Below are positions 16,984 through 29,430 of a stretch of 58,630 bases of DNA, one piece after another. Numbering within the stretch: the stretch's first letter is position 1; each line of letters begins with the position of its first letter. Position numbers and translations under genes: made by a program. Below the pieces are notes generated by a model, which was given only the letters and a program-made list of their open reading frames with translations, was not told the DNA's origin and did no database searches. Where the stretch lies: contig JACQCD010000067.1 in the NCBI GenBank assembly GCA_016201825.1, forward strand, positions 1-58,630, in the 5' to 3' direction. The DNA comes from Nitrospirota bacterium (GTDB lineage Bacteria; Nitrospirota; Nitrospiria; 2-01-FULL-66-17).

Positions 16984-18042
16984 CAGGCCGGGCCACCACG
17001 CGCCGGTCACGGTCCGCCCCGAGGGCGGAGTCACCGCGCCGGGGGCTTTCGGGCGGTCGCCTTGTCGGCACAAGGCGATCACCAATCGTTCTAGCGCAAG
17101 GGCTCCCGTGAGTGCCCCTCCCTTGAGCGCCGCATCGGTTTCCAGACACCACGTCAGACCCGCGACGAGCTCGAGCGGCTCCCGATGTTTCGATGCCTCG
17201 ATCAAGCGGTCCACCGCAAATGGCGGTACCTCGAGGGCCTGCGCCATCCGATTGGCCGGAAGACGCTCATCGGCCAGGGCCACACACCGGATCATCTTCC
17301 GCCACTGCCCGATCAAGATCGACAACAACAGGAGGGGAGCCTCGTCGCGGAGCAGCCTTGCTAAGGTGTCCAGCGCCGGAGCGGTTCGGCCCATCGCCAC
17401 GAGGTGAGCCCACTCGAACACCGAGGCAGCGACCCCACGTGGTGAGATGGTGTCCAGGTGCTCCATCCCAAGGGGCCCTGGGGTGGCCCCTCGGCTGAGG
17501 GCGACCTTCTCGAGGTCATGGCTCAGTGCGCGAAGACTGCCCCCTGACCGTTCTTGAAGATAGGCGAGCGCCTCGTCCGTCAACGTCACGCCGCGCGCCG
17601 CGGCTTGGCGGATCAGCCACTCTCGGAGTGCGCGATTGGAGAGCGCCTCGCAGGCGACCACCACGGCGTGCCGCAACAGCGCTTGGACCACGGTCTTTCG
17701 CCGGTCCGGTTTGGTCATGACGAAGACCAGGACGGTGGTCGGTGCGGGCAACGTACAGTAGGCGACGAGCGCGTCGGATGACCCCAGGCGGTCCGCGTCC
17801 CGAACAACGATCAAGCGGCGTGGCGCAAACGCGGGGAGGGTTTCAGCCATCGCGACGACCGACGGGGCGGTGATGTCGCCACCGGTATAGAGGTGGGTAT
17901 TCAGCACGTCGCCCGGAGGGACCACATGACGGCGAAATGCCGCCACCGCTTCATCGACGAGCCAGGATTCTTCACCCGTGAGGACGTAGAGCGGATCGAT
18001 CCGTCCGGCTTCGAGTCGCCGCGCCAGCTCGGGCGGTGTCAT
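16921..18042 (-). CDS. holA: DNA polymerase III delta subunit
   Basis: PLYVLTGEE, TLPAFAPRRLIVV, DLEKVAL, D..LKGG; leuS-lptE-holA order. Confidence 0.9.
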   Translation of the reverse strand: MTPPELARRLEAGRIDPLYVLTGEESWLVDEAVAAFRRHVVPPGDVLNTHLYTGGDITAPSVVAMAETLPAFAPRRLIVVRDADRLGSSDALVAYCTLPAPTTVLVFVMTKPDRRKTVVQALLRHAVVVACEALSNRALREWLIRQAAARGVTLTDEALAYLQERSGGSLRALSHDLEKVALSRGATPGPLGMEHLDTISPRGVAASVFEWAHLVAMGRTAPALDTLARLLRDEAPLLLLSILIGQWRKMIRCVALADERLPANRMAQALEVPPFAVDRLIEASKHREPLELVAGLTWCLETDAALKGGALTGALALERLVIALCRQGDRPKAPGAVTPPSGRTVTGAWWPGLLLRRGRRQAVGVTGQAGNQP

Positions 18043-18609
18043 GGGCTGGCCTCGGGAGGAGCCGACATCTTGGACGGTGTGGGCTGGTCCGTCGGACCGG
18101 ATTGGGGCGCGAAACGCTGCAACCTGACTAAGCGGGCGATCAAGTCCTGGGCGAGCATGTCTGCGGCTTCTTCCAGCGCCCGATTCTTGGCCGACCGGAT
18201 CTGAAGGCTGTCTCCGATCTCGGTGTATTCCGAGGTACCGGTCACGGTTTCTTGCAAGGCTGGTCCGGACATGGCCTGGCTATGTCGGTCGGTCGCGACC
18301 TGGGCGGTGATCGTGACGCGCTGTTCCAGCACGTGGTTTGACCGATCGAATGAAACCGGTGTCACCCCGAGACCGGTCACGATGCCTCGAACGACGAGAT
18401 CAGCCGTTCCAGGTCGATTGACGAGGCGCCATGGGCCGGTGTCGACCAGCCGCGATTTGACGTGTTTGGTCACCAGCGCGTCCAGGAAGGGCTCGAACGT
18501 GCGATTGTCGAAGAGGGGCACGGCGACCGTCGGCGCGTGTCCCGCACGCGTGGCGACGGTTGTGTACCCGCACCCCCCCGCCGCAAGAACCAACACGGCC
18601 AGCGCAACC

Positions 18610-18623
<14 letters not shown>
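18039..18623 (-). CDS. lptE: LPS assembly lipoprotein LptE-like
   Basis: Lipobox [20 protein letters not shown]; located between leuS and holA. Confidence 0.8.
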
Positions 18624-21135
<2,512 letters not shown>

Positions 21136-21342
21136 GCCCGTCGGGTCCAGCATCTCCATTGCGGTGGGACGAAGCCTTTACATAACACAGTCTCGCGCAC
21201 TGCGGCAAGGCCGCCGAAGGGATGCTGCGCCACCCGAAAGGAGGGGGAGGATTTACAGTCCGCGCCTTTGGCGCGGTGCGGGTTGCGCGTGCCGTGGCCG
21301 ATGGGGTACAGTACAATCTCGATCCGGAGTCCCTCGGACGCC

Positions 21343-21678
21343 ATGACGCGACTGCACACGCCAACTGAAATCGCCAAGGTCGGAGAGACCGCCATCCGCA
21401 TCAAGTGGGAAGATGAGCACGAAGGGTCCTACACCACGAGATACCTGAGAGCCAGTTGCCAGTGCGCGGCCTGTGTGGATGAGTGGACGGGGGAAAAGCG
21501 AGTGTCGATGGACAGTATTCCCTCGGACATTCGCGCGTTGAAGATCGCTCCGGTGGGCCAGTATGCGATCCACATCGACTGGAGCGATGGGCACTCGACG
21601 GGGATTTACGCGTTCGACGTCCTCCGAAAATTGTGTCCATGTTCAGGCTGTCTGGCGTTGCCGCTCTCAGCTTTCTGA
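21343..21678 (+). CDS. DUF971 / GBBH-like N-terminal domain protein
   Basis: LRASCQCAAC, VGQYAIHIDWSDGHSTGIY and extra C-terminal CPCSGC. Confidence 0.88.
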   Translation: MTRLHTPTEIAKVGETAIRIKWEDEHEGSYTTRYLRASCQCAACVDEWTGEKRVSMDSIPSDIRALKIAPVGQYAIHIDWSDGHSTGIYAFDVLRKLCPCSGCLALPLSAF

Positions 21679-21708
21679 GAGGCAAGGCCTGGCAAAAGGA
21701 TCTTCAAT

Positions 21709-21963
21709 ATGATGGATGAATGGGAAGCGGGAAAGCAACGGCTGGCAGAGCTCGTTCGGACGATGAACCCGGACGCGACCGTGGTCATTCCGACGCGGCC
21801 GACCTCGGGAACCTTTTTGGTCGCGCTGGCTCGAGGCAAGGCGAAGAAGTTCGTCTCGGTGTCCGAGGACGACCTCATCGATCTTGTGGATGACCATGCG
21901 ATCGAAGCCGAGGTGTCGACGAAGCTCAAGGACGCGCTGGACGGACTGTCGGTGCCGGGATAA
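21709..21963 (+). CDS. Small hypothetical protein (84 aa)
   Basis: Globular-looking composition, AAGGA SD, fits the operon without overlaps. Confidence 0.75.
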   Translation: MMDEWEAGKQRLAELVRTMNPDATVVIPTRPTSGTFLVALARGKAKKFVSVSEDDLIDLVDDHAIEAEVSTKLKDALDGLSVPG

Positions 21964-22026
21964 TCGACGGGGAAATGCCCCGGCGGCTGGCGTTCTCAAC
22001 GCCGACCGGGTTTTCGATCGAAGGAG

Positions 22027-22392
22027 ATGGCTATGTTCAAGCTCTTCAACCGATACGATCAAACCCCCGGCGGGGTCAACGTGGCGGCGCCCGAGGTCAA
22101 GGAGCGGCTCGACCGGGGAGACAAGATTACGCTCCTGGACGTCCGCGAACCGTGGGAGTGGGATACGGCCCGCATTGACGGCGCGAAGCTGATCCCGCTT
22201 CGGGAACTCGAAACTCGCAAGGCCGAGTTAAGCGCAGACGACGAGATCGTCGTCTATTGCCACATGGGGGTCCGGAGTCTTAAGGCGATCCATTACCTCC
22301 AGCAGCACGGCTTCACCAACCTGAAGAATCTTTCCGGTGGGATCGAGGCGTGGTCGATGACGGCCGATCCGTCCGTCCCCCGCTACCGGTAA
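22027..22392 (+). CDS. Single-domain rhodanese/sulfurtransferase
   Basis: LLDVREPWE, active loop CHMGVRS, NLSGGIEAW; AAGGAG SD. Confidence 0.92.
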   Translation: MAMFKLFNRYDQTPGGVNVAAPEVKERLDRGDKITLLDVREPWEWDTARIDGAKLIPLRELETRKAELSADDEIVVYCHMGVRSLKAIHYLQQHGFTNLKNLSGGIEAWSMTADPSVPRYR

Positions 22393-22396
22393 GCCC

Positions 22397-22780
22397 GTGG
22401 CGCGTCCGACGCGCTTTGCGACGGTGGCCATGCTCGACGCTGTGCCGCCCGGCACGGCGAGGGCGGTCTGGGCGGATGGAGTTCCGCTGGCGCTCTTTAA
22501 CCTGGGCGGCGAGGTCTATGCGCTTGACAACGTCTGTCCCCACGCCGGTGGACCGTTGGTCGGTGGCGCTCGCGCCGGACCGTGCGCGGGAATCGTCGTG
22601 TGTCCGTGGCACGGGTGGCGGTTCGACGTGCGCACGGGGGAGTCTCCCGATCTGCCTGGCGAGCGGGTGCGCACGCTCTCGGTCTGCCTGAAAGACGGGG
22701 CGATCCAGGTGGCGGTCGAGGTCCCACCCGCAGGTTCCGATCCGACTGCTCGACCCTCAACACCCCCGGGTCAATCATGA
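22397..22780 (+). CDS. Rieske [2Fe-2S] ferredoxin
   Basis: CPH...CPWHGWRFD ligand motifs. Confidence 0.9.
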   Translation: MARPTRFATVAMLDAVPPGTARAVWADGVPLALFNLGGEVYALDNVCPHAGGPLVGGARAGPCAGIVVCPWHGWRFDVRTGESPDLPGERVRTLSVCLKDGAIQVAVEVPPAGSDPTARPSTPPGQS

Positions 22781-22829
22781 GCCGAGAGGCGAACCGGTTC
22801 GTGCAGCGTCTTCGGGGCGAGAACGCAGG

Positions 22830-23585
22830 ATGATCCTCGCCGGGAAAACCGCCGTGGTGACCGGAGGTGGAAGCGGCATCGGGGCGGCGGTGGCGCGTGC
22901 ACTGGCGCGGGAGGGGGCGGCCGTGCTGGTGTGCGGGCGCCGGATCGCCCCCCTGCAATGGGTTCGTGACGAGATCGTGCGCGAAGGCGGAACCGCGATC
23001 GCTCTCGCGGCCGACCTCACCCAGGAGGCGGATCTCAACCGCGTGGTCCGCGAAACGGATCGTCAATGGGGCCGACTGGACGTGCTGGTTAATAATGCGG
23101 GCATCCTGGGTGTCCGCGCCCCTATCGCGGAATATCCGTTGAAGGTCTGGGATGACGTGCTGGATGTGAATCTGCGCACGGTCTTTCGCGTGACCAAAGC
23201 CCTACTGCCCCTGATGACCCGTGGCGGATCGATCATCAATGTCAGTTCTGGCGTGGGGCGCGCTGGTCGCGCGGGGTGGGGCGCCTACGCGGTGTCGAAG
23301 TTCGGCGTGGAGGGATTGTCGCAGGTCCTGGCCGACGAACTGCGCGAGCGCGGCATTCGCGTCAACACCCTCAATCCCGGTGGTACGCGCACGGCCATGC
23401 GGGCGACGGCATATCCTGATGAAGATCCAACGACGCTGCCGACGGCAGACGCGATCGCTCCGGTGTTCGTCTTTCTGGCTTCGGAGGAGGCGAAGGGGGT
23501 CACCGGGCGCGCGATCGATGCCCGCGAGTGGCTGGTTGGGGGCCGCGAAGGCCTCTTGAAGCGTCATCGACGGCCGGCCTTATGA
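22830..23585 (+). CDS. Short-chain dehydrogenase/reductase (YciK-like)
   Basis: TGGGSGIG, NNAG, YAVSK, NPGGTRTAMRA.AYP.ED. Confidence 0.92.
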   Translation: MILAGKTAVVTGGGSGIGAAVARALAREGAAVLVCGRRIAPLQWVRDEIVREGGTAIALAADLTQEADLNRVVRETDRQWGRLDVLVNNAGILGVRAPIAEYPLKVWDDVLDVNLRTVFRVTKALLPLMTRGGSIINVSSGVGRAGRAGWGAYAVSKFGVEGLSQVLADELRERGIRVNTLNPGGTRTAMRATAYPDEDPTTLPTADAIAPVFVFLASEEAKGVTGRAIDAREWLVGGREGLLKRHRRPAL

Positions 23586-24400
23586 CCGACGTGTTACGCC
23601 GTCTCATGGACAACATGGCACGTTTGCGCGGCCCCCAGGGTTGTCCATGGAATCGTGAGCAAACCCATATTTCGCTCGTTCCCTACCTCATTGAAGAAGC
23701 CCACGAGGTCGTTGACGCGATCGAGCAGGGCCATTCCGCCTCGCTCAAAGAGGAACTGGGAGATCTCCTGTTGCAAGTCGTGTTTCACGCGCAGATCGCG
23801 ACCGAGGAGGGGAAGTTCACCATCGAAGACGTCTTCAATGGATGCGCGGAGAAGTTAGAGCGCCGCCATCCCCATGTCTTTGGGCCGACGTCCGATCGCG
23901 TCACGACGGTGCAAGAGGTTGCCGCACGCTGGGAAACCATCAAGCAGGAAGAGCGGGGTGGAGCGGTTGGCCCTTCACTCCTGGAGAGGGTTCCTCGGGG
24001 ACTACCGGTGTTGGCCACGGCGCATCAGGTGCAATCGCGGGCGGCGCGGGTGGGATTTGACTGGACGCGTCGGGACGATGTGTTCTTGAAGCTTCAGGAG
24101 GAGCTCGGCGAGCTTCAAGAGGCGCTGCGGGGCGCCGACCGTGGTCGGGTCCGTGACGAACTGGGAGACCTCTTGTTTACCGTCGTCAACCTTGCCCGGC
24201 TGCTGAAGATCGACGCCGAATCGGCGCTCCGCGGGACCGTCTCGCGATTCTCGGCTCGGTTTGCCCACATGGAGCGAGCAGCGGGCAACGAATCTCTACG
24301 GGAGATGTCCCCCGGGGAACTTGACCGCCTGTGGGAGGCTGCGAAGGCTGACGAAGCGCCGCCTCCGTCATCCGGTCGAGCGGGGGATGGCCTCGAGTAG
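23582..24400 (+). CDS. mazG: Nucleoside triphosphate pyrophosphohydrolase
   Basis: GCPWNREQT, EELGDLLLQVVFH, RRHPHVFG and second domain ELGDLLFTVVN. Confidence 0.94.
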   Translation: MTDVLRRLMDNMARLRGPQGCPWNREQTHISLVPYLIEEAHEVVDAIEQGHSASLKEELGDLLLQVVFHAQIATEEGKFTIEDVFNGCAEKLERRHPHVFGPTSDRVTTVQEVAARWETIKQEERGGAVGPSLLERVPRGLPVLATAHQVQSRAARVGFDWTRRDDVFLKLQEELGELQEALRGADRGRVRDELGDLLFTVVNLARLLKIDAESALRGTVSRFSARFAHMERAAGNESLREMSPGELDRLWEAAKADEAPPPSSGRAGDGLE

Positions 24401-24549
24401 GGTGGCCCGGTCGAACACGATCGGCCGGGCCTCGGCCGTGCGGCGCGAAGGGAGTGGCCCCGCAGACGGGCGATCGCGCTCAAAGGATGCCAGTTCTTGC
24501 AATCCGTCGATCCACCTCCTATACTCGTGAGCGAGTGTACAGGTCGTCC

Positions 24550-25654
24550 ATGCCCACCTTCGTCTGTCGAATCGGTAGTGCCGACGGAACGGTGTTGGAA
24601 GAGCGGTTGGAGGCGGAGAGTGAGGCGGACGCCAGACACCGCCTTGACCGTCGAGGAGCTGCTCGTCCTCATCAAGGCCGGCCTTCCCATGATGAAAGCG
24701 CTCGACGTGTTGGCGGGACGAGCGGGGCATCACGTGTTTCAGGCGGTGCTTGCTGATGTTCGAGAGCAGGTCCGCGGCGGGTCGTCGCTCGCGGACGCGA
24801 TGGCCAAGCACCCGCGGGATTTCCCCGAACTGTACGTCGCGTCCCTGCGTGCGGGCGAGCGGAGCGGGAACGTGGTTGAAATGCTTGTTCGATACCAAGT
24901 CTTTATGAAACGCATGCTCGCCGTTCGGAAAAAAGTCATCAGCGCGCTGTCCTATCCGACTTTTCTCTTGAGCGTCGGGGCGGGGGTGATCGTGTTTCTG
25001 CTGGCCTTTGTGATGCCCACCTTCCTCGATGTGTATCGCGAAGCCCAATCCGAGTTACCCGCCGCCACGCGTTGGTTGATGGCGCTGGTGGATTTTATGA
25101 AACACTGGGCGGTGCTGCTGGGAGTGGGGCTGGTGGCGGCCGCGGTGACCTTCCGATTGTGGTCCGGGACGGAAAACGGCCGGCGCGGGACGGATCGCCT
25201 CGTGCTGTACCTCCCGTTGGTGGGGCCGATCGTCCGCACCCACTATACGATCAGCATCGCGCGAACCTTGGCCACGATTTTGACGGGAGGGATCCCGTTG
25301 GTGTCGGCCCTTCGGATGGTCGCCGATTCGACGCCGAACCGGGTGATCGCCGACCATCTCCGCGGGGTCATTGAGCGGGTCAAGACCGGCAGCGGTGTGG
25401 CCGCCGCGTTTGGGGTGGGGGGCTTCATGCCCCGCATGACGCTCGAGATGATCGCGGTAGGCGAGACCACCGGAGCACTCGAAGAGATGCTCAACCAGGT
25501 GGGGGAATTTCATGAAGAGGAGCTGGATCGGAGCCTGACGCGGATCACGACGTGGGTCGAGCCCGTATTGCTGCTGCTCATGGGGGGGCTGGTGGCCGGT
25601 GTCGTGATCACGATGTATCTGCCGATCTTCAACCTCGCTGGGACGATCAAATAG
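24550..25654 (+). pseudogene. GspF/PilC-family platform protein with internal deletion and frameshift near 24654
   Basis: MPTFVCRIGSADG...LDRRG from ATG 24550 is in a different frame from ELLVLIKAGLP...GERSG...GETTG...EP...MYLPIF. The linker present in the paralog at 31938 is missing. Confidence 0.75.
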
Positions 25655-25656
25655 GA

Positions 25657-27378
25657 ATGAGGACGTTCCTCACCAAGAAACGCTTGGGCGATATTCTCGT
25701 CGAGCATGGGGTCCTCACGCCCGAGATCGTCATCGCGGCGGCTTCGACGGCGATGCAGGAGCGGCGCTGGATGGGCGCGGTCCTGGTCGAACAGGGGGTT
25801 CTGGACGAGGAACAACTGGCCAAAGCGTTGGCCGAGCAGTGGCGGCTGCCGTATTACTCGCTCTCGGGGTTTCACGTCGATCCCGGTTTTTTTAAGACGA
25901 TTCCGGTCGAGCTGATGTACCGGTATCCCTTCGTGCCCTACGAAGACCGAGACGGTGTGCTGACGATCGTCCTGGCCGATCCCACCAATCTTCCCCTGTT
26001 GGACGAGCTCGAGCTGGTGTTGCACCGCGAGCTGCGGTTCGGCATCGGGAGCCGATCGGCGATTCTCGAGTCGCTCAAGAAGAGCGAAGGCTCTTCCCAG
26101 GTCCTCAAGCGCATCGAGGCTGACTTCCGCCCCGTCCTGATCAAAGAGGACGACCGCGGCGAGGAAGTCCTGTCGGTGGAGAAGATCTCCAAGGATGCAA
26201 GTCCGGTCGTCCAGCTGGTGGATACGATGATCTTGAACGCGCTCCAGAAGCGGGCGAGCGATATCCATATTGAAGTGAATGAGCGCGGCGTGTCGGTGAA
26301 ATACCGGATCGACGGCGTCCTCTATCCCGCGATGGAGCCGTTGGATCTCAAGTTCCACGCGCCCATGATCTCTCGGATCAAGGTGATGTCCGAACTGGAT
26401 ATCGCCGAGAAGCGTGTCCCGCAGGACGGTCGCTTCAAGCTGCGGCTGGACAAAAAGAAAGTCGATTTCCGCGTGTCAATCTTGCCCGGTATCTTCGGCG
26501 AAACGGTCGTCATACGGATTCTGGACAAGGAGTATATTACCGCCGGCGTCAACCAGTTGCGGCTTGATCGCCTGGGGTTTAATCCGGAGGATCTGCGTCG
26601 ATTTCGCCGATCGATCATCGAACCGTACGGGATGGTGTTGGTGACCGGGCCCACCGGGAGCGGAAAGACCACCACTCTGTATGCGGCGATTGAGGAGATC
26701 AACACGCAGGAGGATAAGATCATCACGATCGAAGACCCGGTCGAATACCAGCTTCACCAGGTAGTGCAGATTCCGGTGAACGAAAAGAAGGGGCTCACAT
26801 TTGCCAAAGGATTGCGCTCGATCCTGCGTCACGACCCCGACAAGATCATGGTCGGGGAAATCCGGGACGCTGAAACGGCACAGATCGCCATCCAATCCGC
26901 GTTGACCGGACACCTCGTCTTCACCACGGTGCATGCCAACAACGCGTTTGACGTGATCGGTCGATTCGTCAATATGGGGATCGAGCCGTACAACTTTGTC
27001 TCGTCCCTGAACTGCATCTTGGCGCAGCGCCTCGTGCGGGCGATCTGTGAGGCGTGTCGGGAGCCGGCCGAGATCACGCGTGAACTCTGTGAAGCGTCCG
27101 GCTTGAACTACGATGAGTATCGGAACGCGCCCTTTTCTCAGGGGCACGGTTGTCCCGAATGTCACGGCACGGGATTTAGGGGGCGCAGGGCCATCACCGA
27201 GTTCCTGGACTTGTCCGATTCGATTCGAGAGATGATCTTGGACCGGAGGCCGCCGTCGGAAATTCGGAAAGCGGCCATCAAGGAGGGGCTCACCACGCTT
27301 CGCCAGGCTGGGGTGGAGAAGGTGGTCAGAGGCGAAACGACGCTGCGTGAAATCAACCGAGTCACGTTCATCGAGTGA
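25657..27378 (+). CDS. GspE/PilB-family assembly ATPase (first copy)
   Basis: ASDIHIE, PQDGR, Walker A GPTGSGKT, DPDKIMVGEIRD, CxxC zinc motifs, MshEN-like N-terminus. Confidence 0.95.
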   Translation: MRTFLTKKRLGDILVEHGVLTPEIVIAAASTAMQERRWMGAVLVEQGVLDEEQLAKALAEQWRLPYYSLSGFHVDPGFFKTIPVELMYRYPFVPYEDRDGVLTIVLADPTNLPLLDELELVLHRELRFGIGSRSAILESLKKSEGSSQVLKRIEADFRPVLIKEDDRGEEVLSVEKISKDASPVVQLVDTMILNALQKRASDIHIEVNERGVSVKYRIDGVLYPAMEPLDLKFHAPMISRIKVMSELDIAEKRVPQDGRFKLRLDKKKVDFRVSILPGIFGETVVIRILDKEYITAGVNQLRLDRLGFNPEDLRRFRRSIIEPYGMVLVTGPTGSGKTTTLYAAIEEINTQEDKIITIEDPVEYQLHQVVQIPVNEKKGLTFAKGLRSILRHDPDKIMVGEIRDAETAQIAIQSALTGHLVFTTVHANNAFDVIGRFVNMGIEPYNFVSSLNCILAQRLVRAICEACREPAEITRELCEASGLNYDEYRNAPFSQGHGCPECHGTGFRGRRAITEFLDLSDSIREMILDRRPPSEIRKAAIKEGLTTLRQAGVEKVVRGETTLREINRVTFIE

Positions 27379-28328
27379 GCGCAGTGATCACACGGTGGGG
27401 ACAAGGGACTCGATATGGCCTGGAGATTGCGCCCGATCTATTGACGCTCGTCCGTATCCGCGGTCGTGGCCGGCGCCGGGTCATGACCGGGTGGTGGACC
27501 CACCCCCTGCCCCCGGGGTTGCTCAGGCTGTCGCCGATCGAGCCGAACATTACCGACCAGGCCGAGTTCGGACGAGCGATCAGCGCCGTGCTCCAAGGGA
27601 ACCGGGTAGGTCCCGTGTCGGTTGCGTTGCCGGATCCCGTCGCCCGCGTCGTGCTCTTCGATGTGGCGCGTCTGCCCTCCCAGGCCAATGATCTTATCCA
27701 GTTGGTGCGCTGGCACCTCGAGAAAACATTTTCCGTCGAGCTGCCGTCCGCCCACTTCGTTCATCAGCGGTTTCGGCGATCAGACGGCGAACCAGGCCAC
27801 CGCATGCTTGCCTCGTCGATCGATCAAAGAGTGCTCACTCAATATGAGCAGGTGTTACTTCAAGCGGGGCTCGAACCTCGCGTGATCGATCTGGCCACTT
27901 TTCACCGCTTTAATCTTTATCGGCTCCAGATGGCCCACCTGGCGAAGCCCGAACACCACTTCATGTTTCTCGCCGTCACCGGAGCCTCGTTGACGGTGAT
28001 GATTTTCGAAAGCGGGACGCCAGCGTACGTGCGCATCAAAGGAACCAGGAAACCGCTGGTCGGTCCGGAGGCGGTCTACCGCATTCTGGACGAAGTCGAG
28101 CTCTCGTTGAATGCGTATGGAAAAGAAAAAGACCTGTCGCGGGTGACCCACCTCTTTGTGTCGGCGGTCGGCGCGTCCGATGAGTTGCCCGATCGACTGG
28201 CCGCACGCTTTCATCTGACGGCAAGGGTGTTGGGAGCAGAAGATGTCCTCCTCGACGGGATGGAGGCCATCCCCCCCCCAGAGCTGGCTTCCGGGGCGGG
28301 AGCGCTGGGGGCCGCCGTAGAGCGCTGA
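27375..28328 (+). CDS. PilM-like cytoplasmic accessory protein
   Basis: GLEIAP, VALPD..ARV, YEQVL..AGLEP..ID; position after the ATPase. Confidence 0.75.
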   Translation: MSAVITRWGQGTRYGLEIAPDLLTLVRIRGRGRRRVMTGWWTHPLPPGLLRLSPIEPNITDQAEFGRAISAVLQGNRVGPVSVALPDPVARVVLFDVARLPSQANDLIQLVRWHLEKTFSVELPSAHFVHQRFRRSDGEPGHRMLASSIDQRVLTQYEQVLLQAGLEPRVIDLATFHRFNLYRLQMAHLAKPEHHFMFLAVTGASLTVMIFESGTPAYVRIKGTRKPLVGPEAVYRILDEVELSLNAYGKEKDLSRVTHLFVSAVGASDELPDRLAARFHLTARVLGAEDVLLDGMEAIPPPELASGAGALGAAVER

Positions 28329-28333
28329 GAGCC

Positions 28334-28915
28334 ATGGCCATCGTGATCGCCAAGGAACCTGAACCGTTTCGGACCAACTTTTCGTCCGGGGGATACGCAC
28401 GAGCCCGCTGGATCGCCGCCGCTCTCTATGCGATCTCCGTTGTTGTGCTCCTCGTCTCAGGGGTCAATGTGTGGCGGGCGCTCGACGATCGCCAGGAGGC
28501 GGCGGCCATGCGAGAAAGCCTGGCCCGGGTCCAGCAGCAGTCGGCTCGGTTTCGCGCGGACCTGCGCGCGTTCGGACTCTCCGCCGACGATCCTCAGGCG
28601 GTGAGCGAGCTCACCAGGCGGGTTGCCGATCTCAACGAGATCCTCGAACACAAGACCTTTTCGTGGACGACGTTGTTGAATGACCTTGAGGCTGCCGTGC
28701 CGCGCAACGTGTCGATCAGCAGCATTCATCCGGACATCAAGAGCCGGGTGATCGCGCTCCAGGGTGTGGCGCTGACGTTGCAGGATCTGGCGAAGTTGAT
28801 GATCGCGCTGGAACAAAGCGGTCATTTTATGGACGTGTTTCTCCAACAACAGAAGACGACGGACAACAACTGGGTAGAGTTCCGTATTCAATGTGCGTAT
28901 CGGAGGACGGGATGA
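28334..28915 (+). CDS. PilN-like protein
   Basis: TNF motif, single TM, coiled coil, SWTTLLNDLE..VP.NV.I.SI.P. Confidence 0.82.
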   Translation: MAIVIAKEPEPFRTNFSSGGYARARWIAAALYAISVVVLLVSGVNVWRALDDRQEAAAMRESLARVQQQSARFRADLRAFGLSADDPQAVSELTRRVADLNEILEHKTFSWTTLLNDLEAAVPRNVSISSIHPDIKSRVIALQGVALTLQDLAKLMIALEQSGHFMDVFLQQQKTTDNNWVEFRIQCAYRRTG

Positions 28916-29430
28916 CGATGAGCCCCATCATCCGACGATATGGAGCGGGAGGCGTGCTGCTCCTGCTGGCCATCGCGATGAACATGGTCGTCTATGCGGG
29001 AATGCTTCGACCGGGCCAGGCGATGCTGACCGCGACCGAAGCCCAGTGGCGGACAGAGCGAGAGTCGATCAGTCGGTATAACACGTACCGGAAAGCGTAT
29101 CTCGACATGAAGACCGTGATGGAGAAGGCCACGGCTCGGCAGGACCTTCCCCAGGTCATCACCACCCTGGCCAGTCTGGCGAAAGGGCGAGGGTTAACTA
29201 TTCCTTCAGTAGATTACCAGCCTGAACGGATTGAGTCTAAAGATTTCCAAAAAGTCGGATTGACGTTCGCTCTTTCCGGTCCCTACGGTCAAGTTCGACG
29301 ATTCCTCGATGATTTGGAGCGCAGCAGCCCATTTTTCACCATTGAGGGGCTCACCTTGACCCGTGCCAAGAAAGAGGAGTCCCAACTCGAGGTTCAACTC
29401 AGAGTCGCCGCCTACCTGAGGGTCTCGTGA
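28912..29430 (+). CDS. PilO/GspM-like protein
   Basis: TM, coiled coil, GPYGQVRRFLDDLE; ATGA overlap with the pilN-like gene. Confidence 0.82.
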   Translation: MTMSPIIRRYGAGGVLLLLAIAMNMVVYAGMLRPGQAMLTATEAQWRTERESISRYNTYRKAYLDMKTVMEKATARQDLPQVITTLASLAKGRGLTIPSVDYQPERIESKDFQKVGLTFALSGPYGQVRRFLDDLERSSPFFTIEGLTLTRAKKEESQLEVQLRVAAYLRVS

